This document shows, in pieces, positions 17,292 to 25,552 of a stretch of 33,345 nt of DNA. Made by a program: the position numbers and the translations under genes. Position 1 is the stretch's first letter. The number at the start of each line of letters is the position of its first letter. The notes beneath the pieces were generated by a model, which saw only the letters and a program-made list of their open reading frames with translations, was not told the DNA's origin and searched no databases. Origin of the DNA: an uncultured bacterium (GTDB taxonomy: Bacteria; Hinthialibacterota; Hinthialibacteria; Hinthialibacterales; Hinthialibacteraceae); contig CAYVAZ010000013.1 of the NCBI GenBank assembly GCA_964449065.1, forward strand, positions 1 to 33,345, in the 5' to 3' direction.

Positions 17292-19538
17292 TTAGACTTT
17301 GCCTTCTTCCACCAACTTCATCAGCTGTTTTTGTACACTGGAAGGGGTGGCGGAATGGTGATTGAAAAGCCGTTTATTGTTTTCTTGCGCGACATTGGTC
17401 GCTTGCAGGATACCGGGATCGGAAACCGCCTCTGCAGTGAGAGTCATAATGACATCCGCGCGTTCTACCATTTCACCGATCTCGTCTTCGCCCATATCGT
17501 CTAATTTGCCATACCATTCGCCGCTGCCGCCCAGTTCAGAAACGATGCGGTTATAATCGTCTTTGTATTTATCATCTCCGCCCAGCAGGAGTATGGTTTC
17601 TCCGTTTAACACTTCTTTGGGTTCAAATGAATCTTCTTCATCCAAATCGATCCCTTCTAAGTCCAAGTCCAAATCATCCAGATCAATTTCATCTCCGATA
17701 TCGATTTTGTCGGAATCGGTATCTTCCAGTTCGTCAATCTCTGCATTTTCATTCAATTCTTCGTCCGAATCTTCGTCTAAATCCAAATCGCCTAACTCAT
17801 CCAACTCTCCGGAAAGCGAATCCAGATCCAAGTCATCCAGATCCAAGTCATCCGTGTCTGTCTCTTCCGTTTCGGCTTCTTCGCCGGTTTCTTCTTCGGT
17901 TTCTTCACCGGAAATTAAGGCGTCCAAATCATCCAAATCCATTATATCTTCATCTTGATCTTCTTCCGGCAATATCAGTTCATCAATCGGACCGTCTTCC
18001 TCTTCTTCCGGCATTTGTTCCGGTATGGGTTCCAATTCTTCGGATTCAATATCATCCAACGAGAGGGATTCATCCGCCACATCGCCATCGGATTCCGGTT
18101 CGGGTTCGGGCAGAGGTTCTGGAATGGGTTTCGGTTCCGCTTCCGGTTCGGGTGCCGGAAGCGGAGCGGCCGTGCCTTGTTGTTCTAACGCATTCAGCCG
18201 TTCTTCCAACTCGTGGACTTTTGCTTCCATGTCATGGGAAGCGGGAGCTTCTTTGGCCAGAATTTCTTTTGCCAGATTCTCATTCACCCACGGAGGCATA
18301 GGTACTTTGATTTGATCATTTTGCAGGACTTCAATACCTGTTTTTTTTCCAGCAAAGGGAACAACCCCGTAATCCAGCAGGGAGGGATCGGGAATAAGTT
18401 CAACGGTTTCATCAAAGATGCGTGAGAGGGCAGACTGCATGCTGACTGGTGACACTTCGACCGGTTCTCCCGAATCGGTTTTTGGGGCGGAGGGTTGATG
18501 AATCGCATAGTGCGGGCCGTACAATACTTTAACGCCACAGCTTTTGCCGACCACAACAATTTTGTCATCCGCCGTGAGGTTTTCGTCTGTAACCAATTCA
18601 ATGGGTTCTTCAAACACCTTTTCACAAGCCCGTTTTAAGGAGGAAAGGGCGATATAAACTCCGCCCAGCGAGACCAATTCTTCATCATCGGCCGCCAGGG
18701 TTCCCATTTCGTTTTCATCCAGTTCCAAGTAGGGTTCCCCAGACGTGTCATGATGTAAATCCAGCACGTTTTCAACTTCTTGAAAATCCGTTTCACTGAC
18801 CGGATGACCAAACACGTCTTCCTGATCCAATTCCGGCTGATCCTCTTGGCCCTCCCCTATGGATTTGAGGGACTGCATGGGGTCTGTTTTGATTTGTTCA
18901 TAATCCATATCCATATCGGAGGGGATTTCCAATGTATCGCTTTCATCCTCACCCGCTTCCAGCAGATCGTCCAAGTCACTGAGATCGGGCTCGACATCAT
19001 CCAAGGATTCTTCTTCACTCTCGCGGGACAGTTCTTCCAACAGGCTTTCGACATCGATATCTTCTTCATCTTCAATTTCGGGATCAATCACGTCATCCAC
19101 ATCTTCGGTACCGCTATCCAAATCGGAGATATCCATATCATCGATTTCATCAGCGAGACCGGTATCGTCGAGATCATCCCATTCACCGGTTTCTTGGACG
19201 ACGGATTCCACGATAGTGTGCGCCAAATTGCGAACCCCCATGCGGTCGTCGCGCATCAATCCCCACACCACGGCTCCCAGCATTTTGCCCGGCTCTAAAA
19301 ATTCCGGCGAAAGGCTTTCCCGGATTTGCTGCAAAGACATCGATTTTATTTTGCGGCGTTGCTTGGCGGAGAGTTCATCCAATTCACCGGCAATGGCGTC
19401 GCCGATTTCGTCTCCGTTAAATATAGCGTCAGCCGCCATGTCGTAGACATCGTGGTTGGCGGAAGTGCGCAGCAACGACCGGAGTTTGGCGGGCGCAAAA
19501 CTGTTTTCTAAAATCACTTTTAAATCGGTCTTTTCCAT
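17292..19538 (-). CDS. Very acidic 748-aa protein with internal duplicated domain and C-terminal DUF2325-like domain
   Basis: Long D/E/L low-complexity tracts. C-terminus LNGETILLLGG...YNRIVSELGG...ADVIMTLT..VS......A....K resembles DUF2325. Confidence 0.8.
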   Translation of the reverse strand: MEKTDLKVILENSFAPAKLRSLLRTSANHDVYDMAADAIFNGDEIGDAIAGELDELSAKQRRKIKSMSLQQIRESLSPEFLEPGKMLGAVVWGLMRDDRMGVRNLAHTIVESVVQETGEWDDLDDTGLADEIDDMDISDLDSGTEDVDDVIDPEIEDEEDIDVESLLEELSRESEEESLDDVEPDLSDLDDLLEAGEDESDTLEIPSDMDMDYEQIKTDPMQSLKSIGEGQEDQPELDQEDVFGHPVSETDFQEVENVLDLHHDTSGEPYLELDENEMGTLAADDEELVSLGGVYIALSSLKRACEKVFEEPIELVTDENLTADDKIVVVGKSCGVKVLYGPHYAIHQPSAPKTDSGEPVEVSPVSMQSALSRIFDETVELIPDPSLLDYGVVPFAGKKTGIEVLQNDQIKVPMPPWVNENLAKEILAKEAPASHDMEAKVHELEERLNALEQQGTAAPLPAPEPEAEPKPIPEPLPEPEPESDGDVADESLSLDDIESEELEPIPEQMPEEEEDGPIDELILPEEDQDEDIMDLDDLDALISGEETEEETGEEAETEETDTDDLDLDDLDLDSLSGELDELGDLDLDEDSDEELNENAEIDELEDTDSDKIDIGDEIDLDDLDLDLEGIDLDEEDSFEPKEVLNGETILLLGGDDKYKDDYNRIVSELGGSGEWYGKLDDMGEDEIGEMVERADVIMTLTAEAVSDPGILQATNVAQENNKRLFNHHSATPSSVQKQLMKLVEEGKV

Positions 19539-19574
19539 GATTCCGCTTTAAAGCCTTTCTTCATCATTTTGCGC

Positions 19575-20102
19575 TCAATAATTATCCTTATCGAAGCGCT
19601 TCTGCTCCATGGTCTTTCGCAAGGCTTGATGCGTTTGCGTGACCCGAATCACTTCCGGATGAGAGAGTAACACGATGACCGCGACTTGTATGGTATTCAA
19701 CAAAATCATAAATCCCGGACTCTCAACCTGAAGTTCGTTGCGGAAATACAGCCACAACAGATGCGCGACCGTAAACACCATATCGAACCCCAGCAGATAA
19801 CTTAAAATCCGGCGTGCCCATTCGTGCAGGCGAAACAACCAGATGGTAAAAATCACAACCGTATTCCAGACAAGAATATTATACAAATTCAGCAGCAAAA
19901 TTTGGAGTTTTGACGTTTCCCATTTTTGCCAAACCGCCGCCCATTCAGGGTCTTCCGGCAAACCGCCATAGACAAAGTAAAACCATGTAAACAACTCCGC
20001 AAACGAGAGCAAGACACTGACCGCGCCAATAAAAAAACTAAACAAAACCGCCAGGCGCAAGAGCATAAGCCCTGTGAGATGTTCATCCTGAAAATTATTC
20101 AT
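19575..20102 (-). CDS. Hypothetical membrane protein (about 4 TM helices)
   Basis: Four hydrophobic segments and a W-A-R motif; ends 36 bp upstream of the acidic gene on the same strand. Confidence 0.8.
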   Translation of the reverse strand: MNNFQDEHLTGLMLLRLAVLFSFFIGAVSVLLSFAELFTWFYFVYGGLPEDPEWAAVWQKWETSKLQILLLNLYNILVWNTVVIFTIWLFRLHEWARRILSYLLGFDMVFTVAHLLWLYFRNELQVESPGFMILLNTIQVAVIVLLSHPEVIRVTQTHQALRKTMEQKRFDKDNY

Positions 20103-20231
20103 TTATAGCAACGAGTTAGTTTTTTCGAATTTCGCGTAAAGAAAACAAAACCGTCCTGTTCCGCTTTCCGGATACCCCTCACCAATTCATATCATTAATT
20201 CACAGAAAAGGAAGTTGAGTTCCCCTGTAGG

Positions 20232-20258
20232 TTATCGGCAGCATCGATAAAATACTTA
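20232..20258 (-). promoter_or_regulatory. sigma28 (FliA/SigD/WhiG)-type promoter
   Basis: The minus strand reads TAAG-N15-GCCGATAA against the consensus TAAA-N15-GCCGATAA; points at the gene starting at 20102. Confidence 0.65.
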
Positions 20259-20309
20259 CCAATTCTTAACAGAAATATATTACTCTTAAGGTTACTTGAT
20301 TCAGCAACG

Positions 20310-20969
20310 ATGACAAACACATCCTTCAAAATAGGGTTGGCGATTACCGGAGCGAGCGGGTTTGTTTATGGATACCGGTTGCTGCAAGAACTCGCGGTCC
20401 GGTCTGCCGCCATCCACCTAACCATCTCACCAAACGCCAAACACATTGCCCATATTGAACAAGACGTAGATGTTGATCTAAAGACAGGCCAAATTGAAGG
20501 ATTGCCGGATGAAGTCTATCGGCAAGTGACCTATCATTTTCACACGCATGTAGGCGCCGCACCGGCTTCCGGTTCCTATCCATTGGATGCCGTTGCGATC
20601 GTTCCATGCAGCATGGGAACAATGGGGCGGATTGCCACCGGGACGTCGGAAGATTTGGTGGGAAGAATGGCGGAAGTGGCGCTGAAAGAACGGCGCAAGT
20701 TGATTTTGGTTCCGCGCGAAACGCCGTATAGTACCATTCAGTTGAAAAATATGCTGGAACTCTCGCGAGCCGGTGCGGTGATCATGCCGGCTACACCCGG
20801 ATTTTATCACAAGCCGCAATCGGTGAATGATCTGGTGGATTTTGTGATCAGCCGTATCTTGCAGCATTTGGGATTTGACGGAAAATGCCTGATTCAAGGC
20901 GGGTGGGGTGAACTAGACCCCGTTTCACAACAGGTGTACATTAGCAACGATGACAAACGCAATTCTTAA
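20310..20969 (+). CDS. ubiX: Flavin prenyltransferase UbiX (MqnM-type)
   Basis: AITGASG, ASGS, PCSMGT, ALKERRKLILVPRETP, PGFYHKP. Confidence 0.95.
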   Translation: MTNTSFKIGLAITGASGFVYGYRLLQELAVRSAAIHLTISPNAKHIAHIEQDVDVDLKTGQIEGLPDEVYRQVTYHFHTHVGAAPASGSYPLDAVAIVPCSMGTMGRIATGTSEDLVGRMAEVALKERRKLILVPRETPYSTIQLKNMLELSRAGAVIMPATPGFYHKPQSVNDLVDFVISRILQHLGFDGKCLIQGGWGELDPVSQQVYISNDDKRNS

Positions 20970-21819
20970 AGTTAACCATTATTTGGAGATGGTGCGGTTT
21001 TCTCACACCGTCTTTGCCCTGCCCTTCGCGTTAATGGGGGCGCTGGTTGCCACCAACGGGCTGCCCAAATGGGATGTTTTATTGTGGATATTGATATGCA
21101 TGGTCACCGCGCGCACCGCGGCTATGAGTTTTAACCGTATTGTTGACCGGCATATTGACCGGTTGAATCCCCGCACCCGAGACCGGCATATTCCCAGCGG
21201 GAAAGTTTCTGTAAGGGAAGCCGCTTTCTTGTGGTTGGTTTGCAGTGCGTTATTTGTTTTGTCGGCATGGCAGCTGAACCAACTGGCGTTTTTGTTATCG
21301 TTCCCAACCTTAATCATTCTTTGCGGTTATTCGTTTATGAAGCGGTATACTTCGCTTTGCCATGCGGTTTTGGGTTTGGCGTTGGCCATTGTTCCTGTCG
21401 GTGCGTGGATTGCGGTTAAGGGAATTTGGGAGTGGGAACCGGTGATTTTGGCCGCCGGGGTGTTGTTTTGGGTAACCGGATTTGATGTGCTGTACGCGCT
21501 GTTGGATGAAGAGTTCGATCAGAAGCAGGGGATTCATTCGCTGGTGGTGCGTTTGGGGAAAAAACAGGCTATGCGGGCTGCCATGTTATTTCATGTTGTC
21601 AGCATTTTCTTTATATTCGCGTTTGGATATGCCGCGCAATTGGGGTGGATTTATTATGGCGGGGCTTTGCTTTATGGGGGCTTGATTGTTTACGAACACA
21701 GTTTGGTATCACCGGATGATATCAGCCGGGTGAACATTGCTTTTTTTAACGTGAATGGTGTCATCAGTATCGGCATGTTCGTGTTCACGGCAATCGATCT
21801 ATGGATTTCATCTCTATAA
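20950..21819 (+). CDS. UbiA-family polyprenyltransferase (MqnP-like, menaquinone biosynthesis)
   Basis: FSHTVFALPF, ARTAAMSFNRIVDRHID..NPRT..R.IPSG, YSFMKR, GFDVLYALLDEEFD, NIAFFNVNG; overlaps the ubiX stop. Confidence 0.93.
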   Translation: MTNAILKVNHYLEMVRFSHTVFALPFALMGALVATNGLPKWDVLLWILICMVTARTAAMSFNRIVDRHIDRLNPRTRDRHIPSGKVSVREAAFLWLVCSALFVLSAWQLNQLAFLLSFPTLIILCGYSFMKRYTSLCHAVLGLALAIVPVGAWIAVKGIWEWEPVILAAGVLFWVTGFDVLYALLDEEFDQKQGIHSLVVRLGKKQAMRAAMLFHVVSIFFIFAFGYAAQLGWIYYGGALLYGGLIVYEHSLVSPDDISRVNIAFFNVNGVISIGMFVFTAIDLWISSL

Positions 21820-21824
21820 AGGAA

Positions 21825-22466
21825 TTACACTCTTTTCTTGATGTTCATTCCCATAGATTTTGGCTTGGATTGAGGTGCCGCAGGTGCGGCGCGGGAAACG
21901 GTGGGCTTTACGGGGGTCTCCACGGTTACATTCGCCAACGTTGCCTCAGTAATTCGCTCTAATTCTTCCCGGTCTTCATTCGACATTTCAATCTTCAATA
22001 ATCCGCGAATGACACAATACAAGAGAAAATAACGAATGGTGTTCTCCATACCAATAATTTCCGCTATTTCTTCTTCATCAGGCGGTTGTAATCCTTGTCT
22101 TCTTCGTTCTTTACGAAGAGGGGCGATGCGTTCTTCAACATCTTCGTCGGAGACGTATTCCATGCATTCATCAATCATTTGATCCCAATGCTCTTTTGCT
22201 TGGATTCCCGGCGGGAACTTGTTTTTTGGGTTGAGAAGGAATTTGACCAGTTCCGGCGAGATGGTTCGGATATTGATTCCTTTTTTTTCCAGGGCTTTTT
22301 TTACATCCGGCTGGTTCATAACTACTGTCACTTTGGATGGCATCATACCGGCAATATTGAAGCAATCCATGCACATTAAATATTGCAGTTTAGCGCCTTC
22401 CGCGCCGCACCATCTACAGTGCCCGTAGCTACGTATGGGTATGAGTTCATCCGTTTCTTTTACCAC
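21825..22466 (-). CDS. Hypothetical protein with N-terminal CxxC-x11-CxxC zinc ribbon
   Basis: HCRWC...MCMDC; GGAGGA RBS before GTG 22466. Confidence 0.8.
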   Translation of the reverse strand: MVKETDELIPIRSYGHCRWCGAEGAKLQYLMCMDCFNIAGMMPSKVTVVMNQPDVKKALEKKGINIRTISPELVKFLLNPKNKFPPGIQAKEHWDQMIDECMEYVSDEDVEERIAPLRKERRRQGLQPPDEEEIAEIIGMENTIRYFLLYCVIRGLLKIEMSNEDREELERITEATLANVTVETPVKPTVSRAAPAAPQSKPKSMGMNIKKRV

Positions 22467-22768
22467 TTGAGTCCTCCAGTACGATAGGGCATTAGCAAAT
22501 TACAGAGATAGTTATTTAGTACATCATACTCTGATTCATGTTTACAGCAAGGATATTTTACCATTTTACTCCTACTATTTCTACCATGTTATTTTCCAAT
22601 TGATGGGCATGGGTCAAGCAACCGGTAAAACGTCTCATACCAAATTCAGTTAGGATGGTGCAGGACGAAAAACGCTACGTCATTCTATCACGGAGGCTGA
22701 TCGCCTCGCTTTCTCAACAATCCAAAATGGAAACGGTCTTTTTTACCCCCCCCAATAAATTAAAGGAT

Positions 22769-22797
22769 TTGCATTTCGGCCAAAAAGTATCTATAGT
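22769..22797 (+). promoter_or_regulatory. sigma70-type promoter for the MshEN-like gene
   Basis: TTGCAT (22769-22774), 17-bp spacer, TATAGT (22792-22797); AGGAG RBS at 22823. Confidence 0.55.
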
Positions 22798-22838
22798 TAA
22801 AGAATTGTTAACTTTTTATACTAGGAGAAAAAAGTAGC

Positions 22839-23462
22839 GTGAAGCGTATTGGAGAAGTTTTGGTGGAATCCGGCTTGATCAATGAAGATCAATTGAATAC
22901 CCTGCTGGAGGACCAAAGCGAAAATCCTCAATTGAATTTGGGAGAAATGGCGGCCAAACGCTATAATATCCCGCTTGCTACGGTGGAAAGCACATTTGTT
23001 GACATCATCGTTCTGCCATCAGTTCGGACCTTGCTTTTGCGGGCATTGACTCAAGAATTAAGCCGCTTTGTTGCAAAGACGGATTTTCAGATTGAGAGTC
23101 TGAATTTGAATATGAATATTACCGAGGTGGAGATTGCCCGAACCGTATCGTCCCTTTTTCAGCAGAGCGATACGGAGGAAAGCGGTATGCAGCCGTCCGG
23201 CAAAAGGACACACACAAAAATACACGGGGCGATTGAACTGTGCATCCATATTTCTGAAGATATAACCATAACCCCTCCTGGCCAAGTTATTGCGTTCACA
23301 TTGGATGACCGCACCGGCGCCTTAACCTTAGACCAAGCCGTGTTGGAGAAAATTAAAACCTCCTTTCGGAATGCTATTTCCCCTCAGGAAGCGGACCGCC
23401 GTATGTTGGATTCCATGCGCAAACAAGAACTGCAGGAAATCATTGCCCGCTATTATAAATAA
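22839..23462 (+). CDS. Protein with N-terminal MshEN-like (c-di-GMP-binding) motif
   Basis: RIGEVLVESGLINEDQLNTLLEDQ matches RLGxxLxxxGxxxxxxLxxxLxxQ; degenerate second copy NLGEM; no ATPase domain. Confidence 0.75.
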   Translation: MKRIGEVLVESGLINEDQLNTLLEDQSENPQLNLGEMAAKRYNIPLATVESTFVDIIVLPSVRTLLLRALTQELSRFVAKTDFQIESLNLNMNITEVEIARTVSSLFQQSDTEESGMQPSGKRTHTKIHGAIELCIHISEDITITPPGQVIAFTLDDRTGALTLDQAVLEKIKTSFRNAISPQEADRRMLDSMRKQELQEIIARYYK

Positions 23463-23522
23463 CGATATAACCTATCTTACATCCAAATTGTATTTATCTC
23501 GTTTCAAAAATGGGAGAAAAGC

Positions 23523-24818
23523 ATGTATCCGCATTGTTCCCGTGTACTAGGTTTTACCTATTTTTATGTTCTCTTGTTTGCGTTTGCCGTACCGTCTGAA
23601 GTTCACGCTCAAGAGCCCGGGCGGGTTCAGTTGTTCGGCCATGTGGGCAGCGCGAATGCAGCCGTCTTCTCTCCGGATGGAACACTCGCGGCCACGGCCA
23701 GCAATGATGACACGGTTAAAATCTTTCAAACCGCATCGGGAGTGTTGTTGCGCACGTTTGGACTGTTTGATGATGTAAACGCGGTCGCTTTTACTCCAAA
23801 CGGAAATCGAATTGTTACAGGCAGTGCCGATAATACCGCCCGGTTATGGAATCTTGCCACCGGCAGGCAAATCCATACATTCAATCATCAAGGGGATGTA
23901 ACTTCCGTCGCGGTCTCGACGAATGGAACTTTATTGGTAACGGGCAGCGAGGACAATTCCGCGGTCTTATGGAACATTGCCAGCGGAGAAAAACTCACCA
24001 CGTTTCAACATGATGACGATGTCCAGTCCGTCGATTTTTCTCCCAACGGACTGCAAATCATCACGGGGGTTGCGGATGGGTCGGCTTTTTTGTGGGATAT
24101 CACAACGGTATTGAATCCGGAGGCGACTTTAACGCCCACAAGCACGGTAACGCCAACACCAACGCATACACCAACCCCTACAAATACGCCTTCCCCAACG
24201 GAGACGGCTATACCTACACCTACTTTTACGAATACCCCCTTGATTCCGCCGACGCCTACGAATTCTCCAACGCCGATAGCATCTCCTACGCCGGTCATCC
24301 CGGAACGGAGCCCGGTGTTTTCTTTTTCCTTTAACTCCGTGAATGAATTCGGGCGGGAACCGGGAGGATTTGGCAGCCTACCGGAAGGGATGACAACGGT
24401 CGGCCCTATCCCCGGCAATCCTACCGATTCCAGCAATGGCTTTGGGGGGATTATTACTACCGCACCCGGCCAGGTAGAGTTGTTAACTTTCCCCCAAGTG
24501 GAAGTGGAGGATGAATTGATCGCGGTACGCCTGACGGTTCGGACCACGGCGCCAAACGCGACGTTAACCCTTGCGGTGATTGACTCAGCCGGTGATGGGA
24601 CATTGTCGCTGAATACGCAGGTGGATAGCGGACAGCATGTGGACAATTTCAGCCGCATGGTTGCCTTGATTCAGCCCAAAAGCCGCCGGGTGTTTCCGGT
24701 CTTTCAAGTCGCGAATATCCCCGGCAGCCAAACGGTCACTACCTATATCGATGAACTGGAAATCTTTGTGCTGCCGAAAGACAGCAATGTTCGCAATTCA
24801 TTTTTAGCGGGTGAATAG
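23523..24818 (+). CDS. Secreted WD40-repeat protein with Pro/Thr linker and C-terminal beta domain
   Basis: Signal peptide ending VHA-Q; four WD40 repeats (e.g. VAFTPNGNRIVTGSADNTARLWN); TPT repeats at about 24121-24300. Confidence 0.9.
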   Translation: MYPHCSRVLGFTYFYVLLFAFAVPSEVHAQEPGRVQLFGHVGSANAAVFSPDGTLAATASNDDTVKIFQTASGVLLRTFGLFDDVNAVAFTPNGNRIVTGSADNTARLWNLATGRQIHTFNHQGDVTSVAVSTNGTLLVTGSEDNSAVLWNIASGEKLTTFQHDDDVQSVDFSPNGLQIITGVADGSAFLWDITTVLNPEATLTPTSTVTPTPTHTPTPTNTPSPTETAIPTPTFTNTPLIPPTPTNSPTPIASPTPVIPERSPVFSFSFNSVNEFGREPGGFGSLPEGMTTVGPIPGNPTDSSNGFGGIITTAPGQVELLTFPQVEVEDELIAVRLTVRTTAPNATLTLAVIDSAGDGTLSLNTQVDSGQHVDNFSRMVALIQPKSRRVFPVFQVANIPGSQTVTTYIDELEIFVLPKDSNVRNSFLAGE

Positions 24819-25376
24819 TTCACGATAGTTGGCGGCTACTTTTATATATTTCGGGGCGAAGTGGGTGTGGTCTTGGCGTTCTTCTTCGGTCAGCACCCGC
24901 TTTACTTTTGCCGGGGAGCCAATGACCAAACTGTAGGGCGGGATGTGTGTGTTTTGCGTCACCAATGCTCCCGCGCCGATGACGCAGCCTTTGCCGATTA
25001 CGGCTTTGTTTAGCACGATAGCCCCCATACCGACCAGGCATTCGTCTTCGATTGTGCATCCATGCAGAATCGCGTTGTGCCCGACAATGCAGTTTTTGCC
25101 AACAATGCAGGGATCATCGTTGCCGACATGCAGAACGCTGTTATCTTGCACGTTGCTGCCGTCACCGACCGATACTGCCGCGATATCCCCCCGCAATACC
25201 GCGCCAAACCAAATGCTGACATCCTTTCCTAACGTTGTTTGGCCGATTACTGTGGCATTGGGCGCGATAAATACATTGTCGCCGATGGTTGGGGTTTTCT
25301 CTAAATAAGGCAGTACTAAGCCGCCGCCGAAAAGACTTTCGGGCAATGGCAGTCCCGCGGGATTTTGAATGTTCAT
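24804..25376 (-). CDS. Gamma-class carbonic anhydrase family protein (YrdA/CaiE-like hexapeptide repeat)
   Basis: FIAPNATVIG, IWFGAVLRGD, NVQDNSVLH, VGHNAILHGC (three His ligands); AGAGGGA RBS before ATG 25376; 15-bp convergent overlap with the WD40 gene. Confidence 0.93.
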   Translation of the reverse strand: MNIQNPAGLPLPESLFGGGLVLPYLEKTPTIGDNVFIAPNATVIGQTTLGKDVSIWFGAVLRGDIAAVSVGDGSNVQDNSVLHVGNDDPCIVGKNCIVGHNAILHGCTIEDECLVGMGAIVLNKAVIGKGCVIGAGALVTQNTHIPPYSLVIGSPAKVKRVLTEEERQDHTHFAPKYIKVAANYRELFTR

Positions 25377-25484
25377 GGATTTCCCTCTCTTTGATTCCGC
25401 TTGAAATGCAAGTACCTTGATCATTCTAGCGTATATCTACAGCCAATGCCAAATAGACGTTCTGATGAAATCAAACAGAACTTC

Positions 25485-25510
25485 CGGCTCGGCGGGAGCC
25501 TCGCCCTCCC
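25485..25510 (-). repeat. REP element (GGGAGGGCGAGGCTCCCGCCGAGCCG)
   Basis: GC-rich imperfect palindrome in an AT-rich divergent intergenic region; matches a GGAG-foot REP type I recall from Planctomycetes. Confidence 0.7.
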
Positions 25511-25552
25511 AAAACAAAAATAGTTTAACGACTACTCAAGAAGGAATAAACA

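Noticed and set aside
17821..17853. Exact 15-bp tandem repeat TCCAGATCCAAGTCA
   Set aside because: It is a coding low-complexity DDLDL repeat, not a CRISPR array or separate element.
24121..24300. Repetitive DNA in the WD40 gene as a CRISPR-like or VNTR array
   Set aside because: It encodes a Thr-Pro linker with diverged codons and has no repeat-spacer structure.
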